45,701 nucleotides of DNA. Source: a virus. Positions 43,167-45,701 of the stretch are shown here, piece after piece. Both the position numbers and the translations under genes were made by a program. The notes under the pieces are model-generated. The model saw only the letters and a program-made list of their open reading frames with translations, did no database searches and had not been told where the DNA came from. Position 1 is the first letter of the stretch. Every line of letters starts with the position of its first letter. The stretch lies in IMG/VR virus record IMGVR_UViG_3300045988_044939. One strand, 5' to 3'.

Positions 43167-44320
43167 GGGACTTTTATCTTTTCAATCTCCGTCCGGAGTT
43201 CTTCTAGGGTTCTGTGACCATACACAGCATTCGTGACATCGTTCCCAAACGAATGACCCAGCATCCTCTTCCGGTCGTTCTCCCGGACGCCGTATTTTTC
43301 ACACAGAGTAGAAAAGGTATGTCGACAATCGTGCGGCGTGTGCTTCGGGTTGCCGGTTATCCCCAATCGTTCCAGTGTAGGGTAAAACAGAGCGTTTCGG
43401 TGCTGCGTCTGGGAATAGATGCAGAGTTTACCGTTTTGCGTCAGGACCTTGCTCTTTGCAAACTCATATATGGCCGGATGGATTGGAACGATCCTGTCTT
43501 TTCCGGCTGCGGTCTTGATGCCACCCTGAAAATATCTCTCTTCAAGATTGGTCGTAAGCTTCAGGACCTCGCCAATTCTCCATCCAGAGTAACACATGAT
43601 TAGAATGAGCTGCGCTTCTGGATCATCGGTGTTATTCCAAAGGATTTGCAATTCCTCATCCGAAAAAGGTGTGCCATGTTCCGTATCATCATTTGCGTTA
43701 ACTTTTACATATAAAGCCTTGTTTTCCGACACAATTTCTGAATAAATGGCATACTTATACATCTGCTTAAAGAGGGTTAATATAATTGCTTTGCTTTGCT
43801 TCTTAAGAGTACATTTATCTATTACGTCTTGTAAATCGGGGGCTTTTAAATTTTCAAATGTGCGATTGTGTAATGCTTTACAGTTTGAGTAAGCTGTTTT
43901 GTATGATTCCATCGAGCTATAAGACGCTTTTGTCCCGTCTGGAAATTTCCATGCATAGAATTGCTCATATACCTCTGAGAACGTCAATTTGTGCGTTTCC
44001 GGGTGCTTTTCCTCTGTGCCCTTAAATGTATTGTAGTCTGACAGAATACGTCCTATAAGGGCGTCTGCGTCCGTTGTAGGGGCAATCTCAAGTTCCTTTT
44101 CCATACCCGGCTTGTACGTCCCAGCTTTGTAAGCTGTCAGAACGGCGAACCCTTTCAGATAGTCGTCAACGTAGCAGATCGCAGGCGGACGGATCGCTTT
44201 CCCTGTTGCGTCCAGCGTTGCCGGTGGGTGCACTGCATAGCAGTTTCTTCGACCCTTGCCAAGATAGCGGATAGAGCCGAAACTGTTTGGCAATTTCGGG
44301 TACTTCTTTCTTTTTGCCAT
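43145..44320 (-). CDS. int: tyrosine recombinase / phage integrase
   Basis: C-terminal HDCRHTFSTL...MLGHS...AVYGH carries the R-H-R-Y catalytic pattern. AAGGAGGAAAA RBS. Confidence 0.9.
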   Translation of the reverse strand: MAKRKKYPKLPNSFGSIRYLGKGRRNCYAVHPPATLDATGKAIRPPAICYVDDYLKGFAVLTAYKAGTYKPGMEKELEIAPTTDADALIGRILSDYNTFKGTEEKHPETHKLTFSEVYEQFYAWKFPDGTKASYSSMESYKTAYSNCKALHNRTFENLKAPDLQDVIDKCTLKKQSKAIILTLFKQMYKYAIYSEIVSENKALYVKVNANDDTEHGTPFSDEELQILWNNTDDPEAQLILIMCYSGWRIGEVLKLTTNLEERYFQGGIKTAAGKDRIVPIHPAIYEFAKSKVLTQNGKLCIYSQTQHRNALFYPTLERLGITGNPKHTPHDCRHTFSTLCEKYGVRENDRKRMLGHSFGNDVTNAVYGHRTLEELRTEIEKIKVPFVTNCD

Positions 44321-44333
44321 GATTTTCCTCCTT

Positions 44334-44367
44334 GTATAAAAACAGCCCCTGCCGTTAAGCAGGAGCT
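44334..44367 (-). terminator. terminator between the membrane-protein gene and int
   Basis: AGCCCCTGC / GCAGGAGCT stem (8 of 9 bp), followed on the minus strand by TGTTTTTAT. Confidence 0.55.
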
Positions 44368-44375
44368 AGTCTGGT

Positions 44376-44945
44376 TTACTCAATCTCGTCAATGTCAAAA
44401 GAATATCCAAGGACTTCTCCAACATCTGTGCATTTTCCTTTTAATGTTACTTTATCGCCTTTGGTAAGAGATGCTGCCTTTGATTTTTGCTCGTCGTTTT
44501 TAATATTACACTGTACGCCGATGATTTCAAAATCGCCGTCAGCTGTGAGGCTGATGTATTTTCCAGAGGCATCAATGTTGCTGAGATTTCCAGTGATCTC
44601 AAGATATTTGCCTTTGTATTTGTCAGATGCACCCATGGCGTTACTATCAAGATCGGACATCATATCATTAACAGAAACAGTAGTGTACTCGATTGGCGCA
44701 GCTTCTTCTTTTTGTTTAGTAGTAGTTTCTTTCTTTTCTGAAGAAGTAGCGGTTGCTGCGCTTTTATCTGATTCTGAATCACTTTCACCAGCTACAGCTC
44801 CGATGATGGCTCCGACAAGGATTATCAGCACAACCCATTTGAGCTTTCCACCTTTTAATTTCTTCCGGCACTGCGGGCAGACTTTAGCATCTGCCGGAAT
44901 CTCCGTTTTACAATATTTGCATTTCTTTGTTTTCTCTTCGCTCAT
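44376..44945 (-). CDS. zinc-ribbon, single-pass membrane protein with OB-fold (tRNA_anti-like) ectodomain
   Basis: CKYCK...CPQC ribbon, TM WVVLIILVGAIIGAVAG, S/T/E-rich linker, and a C-terminal KYKGKYLEITG...GDKVTLKGKC pattern. Confidence 0.7.
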   Translation of the reverse strand: MSEEKTKKCKYCKTEIPADAKVCPQCRKKLKGGKLKWVVLIILVGAIIGAVAGESDSESDKSAATATSSEKKETTTKQKEEAAPIEYTTVSVNDMMSDLDSNAMGASDKYKGKYLEITGNLSNIDASGKYISLTADGDFEIIGVQCNIKNDEQKSKAASLTKGDKVTLKGKCTDVGEVLGYSFDIDEIE

Positions 44946-44948
44946 GCT

Positions 44949-45653
44949 TTATTTCCCTCCAATGACGTAGTTTTCATATTTTTCTCTTATTTTCGCAAGT
45001 TCTCTTTGCCTGATCGGGACGATCGCGCCAGATGCCATCGTAAAAAAATGGCTTACTTCGCTTACCTCGTCCATATTAACTATATAGCTCTGGTGGCAGC
45101 GCAAAAATCTTCCGTCAAGACTCTTTTCGATATCATTGAGCTTTCCTCGTTCCTTGTGTGATATTCCGCACGTGCAATGGATCATTATGTATTTGTTCTG
45201 GCTTTCGATGTATTCAATATGCCGGAATTCAGCTCTGTGAAAGTAGTCCTTGTTCTTGATAGTAAGCGTTTTTTCACGGATATTTTCAAGCGTCTGCTTA
45301 ACAACTGAATACATTCTTCCATGCTCAGAGCCTTTAATGATGTAATGAATCGGCAGCACATCAAGTGCATCAAATACATATTCTTTGCGTTCTGTCCAAA
45401 AAGTGATATTTCCATAGTATCCGATTTTTCTTAATCTTTTGGCAATCTCTATGCCATTTTCTCCGTTAATGGAGACATCAAGAATTATTATGTCATACCA
45501 TTCACCATCTGAAACATCGTCGATCAAAGGCTTTCCGCTGGTGTAGGTGGCTAATGTATATCCACCATCACCATGCTCTTTTAGATATCGGTCAATGCTA
45601 TTTTTGAAAATCTCAATCCGTAAATTATCATCGTCACAAATCGCAATTTTCAT
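44949..45653 (-). CDS. LytTR-family response regulator (REC + LytTR), orphan
   Basis: REC: MKIAICDDD, IIILDV (acceptor Asp), HYIIKG (Lys). LytTR: FRHIEYIESQNKY...FLRCHQSYIVNMDEV...IVPIRQR. No histidine kinase is present in the genome. Confidence 0.85.
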   Translation of the reverse strand: MKIAICDDDNLRIEIFKNSIDRYLKEHGDGGYTLATYTSGKPLIDDVSDGEWYDIIILDVSINGENGIEIAKRLRKIGYYGNITFWTERKEYVFDALDVLPIHYIIKGSEHGRMYSVVKQTLENIREKTLTIKNKDYFHRAEFRHIEYIESQNKYIMIHCTCGISHKERGKLNDIEKSLDGRFLRCHQSYIVNMDEVSEVSHFFTMASGAIVPIRQRELAKIREKYENYVIGGK

Positions 45654-45701
45654 GTAAATCATTCCCTTGTAAACATTGTTTTCGCCATTTGCAAAAAAAA
45701 G

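Noticed and set aside
44392-44970. 192-aa plus-strand ORF antisense to the Zn-ribbon membrane protein gene
   Set aside because: It is a shadow frame rich in Ser, Phe and Leu with no RBS. The minus-strand gene has clear CxxC, TM and OB features and a GGAGGG RBS.

Overview
The window looks like the complete genome (about 45.6 kb unique) of a temperate, long-non-contractile-tailed (siphovirus-type) phage of a Firmicutes/Clostridia-like host. It is written as a linear contig whose first 95 nt are identical to its last 95 nt, so I read it as circular or circularly permuted. Across that junction the lysogeny module is contiguous: tyrosine integrase, a Zn-ribbon membrane protein and an orphan LytTR response regulator on the minus strand, then a membrane protein, a 32-aa peptide and a cI-like repressor. 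Next come an immunity switch (divergent promoters, AACTCACAAAG operators) and early genes with two leftward membrane-protein genes embedded antisense. The replication module holds a P-loop ATPase, a DUF669-like protein, an ERCC4-type nuclease, a CHC2 zinc-finger primase-like protein, a DUF927/SF3-type helicase, a GGTTAC iteron field and a Pif1/RecD-like helicase. About 30 small accessory ORFs follow, including paralogous duplicated modules, a PAPS-reductase-family gene, DUF551 and YopX. The late region starts with a TerS-like/TerL fusion, portal and MuF-like head protein. An atypical zone at 21.9-27.2 kb then contains an opposite-strand autoregulated HTH cassette (acr-aca- or TA-like), five low-complexity Q/N/G/C-rich genes, and about 0.8 kb of ORF-free, highly structured sequence with two tRNA-like elements, which I rate as a ROOL/GOLLD-class giant ncRNA candidate. 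After that come scaffold, major capsid, connector genes (with a displaced holin), tail genes, a tape-measure gene split by a td-like group I intron carrying an HNH homing endonuclease, an S74-chaperone tail fibre and a three-domain endolysin. Other oddities are an in-frame TAG, two apparent frameshifts, and repeated late-promoter and 5-prime-leader motifs. All functional calls rest on motif recognition by eye; no searches were run.
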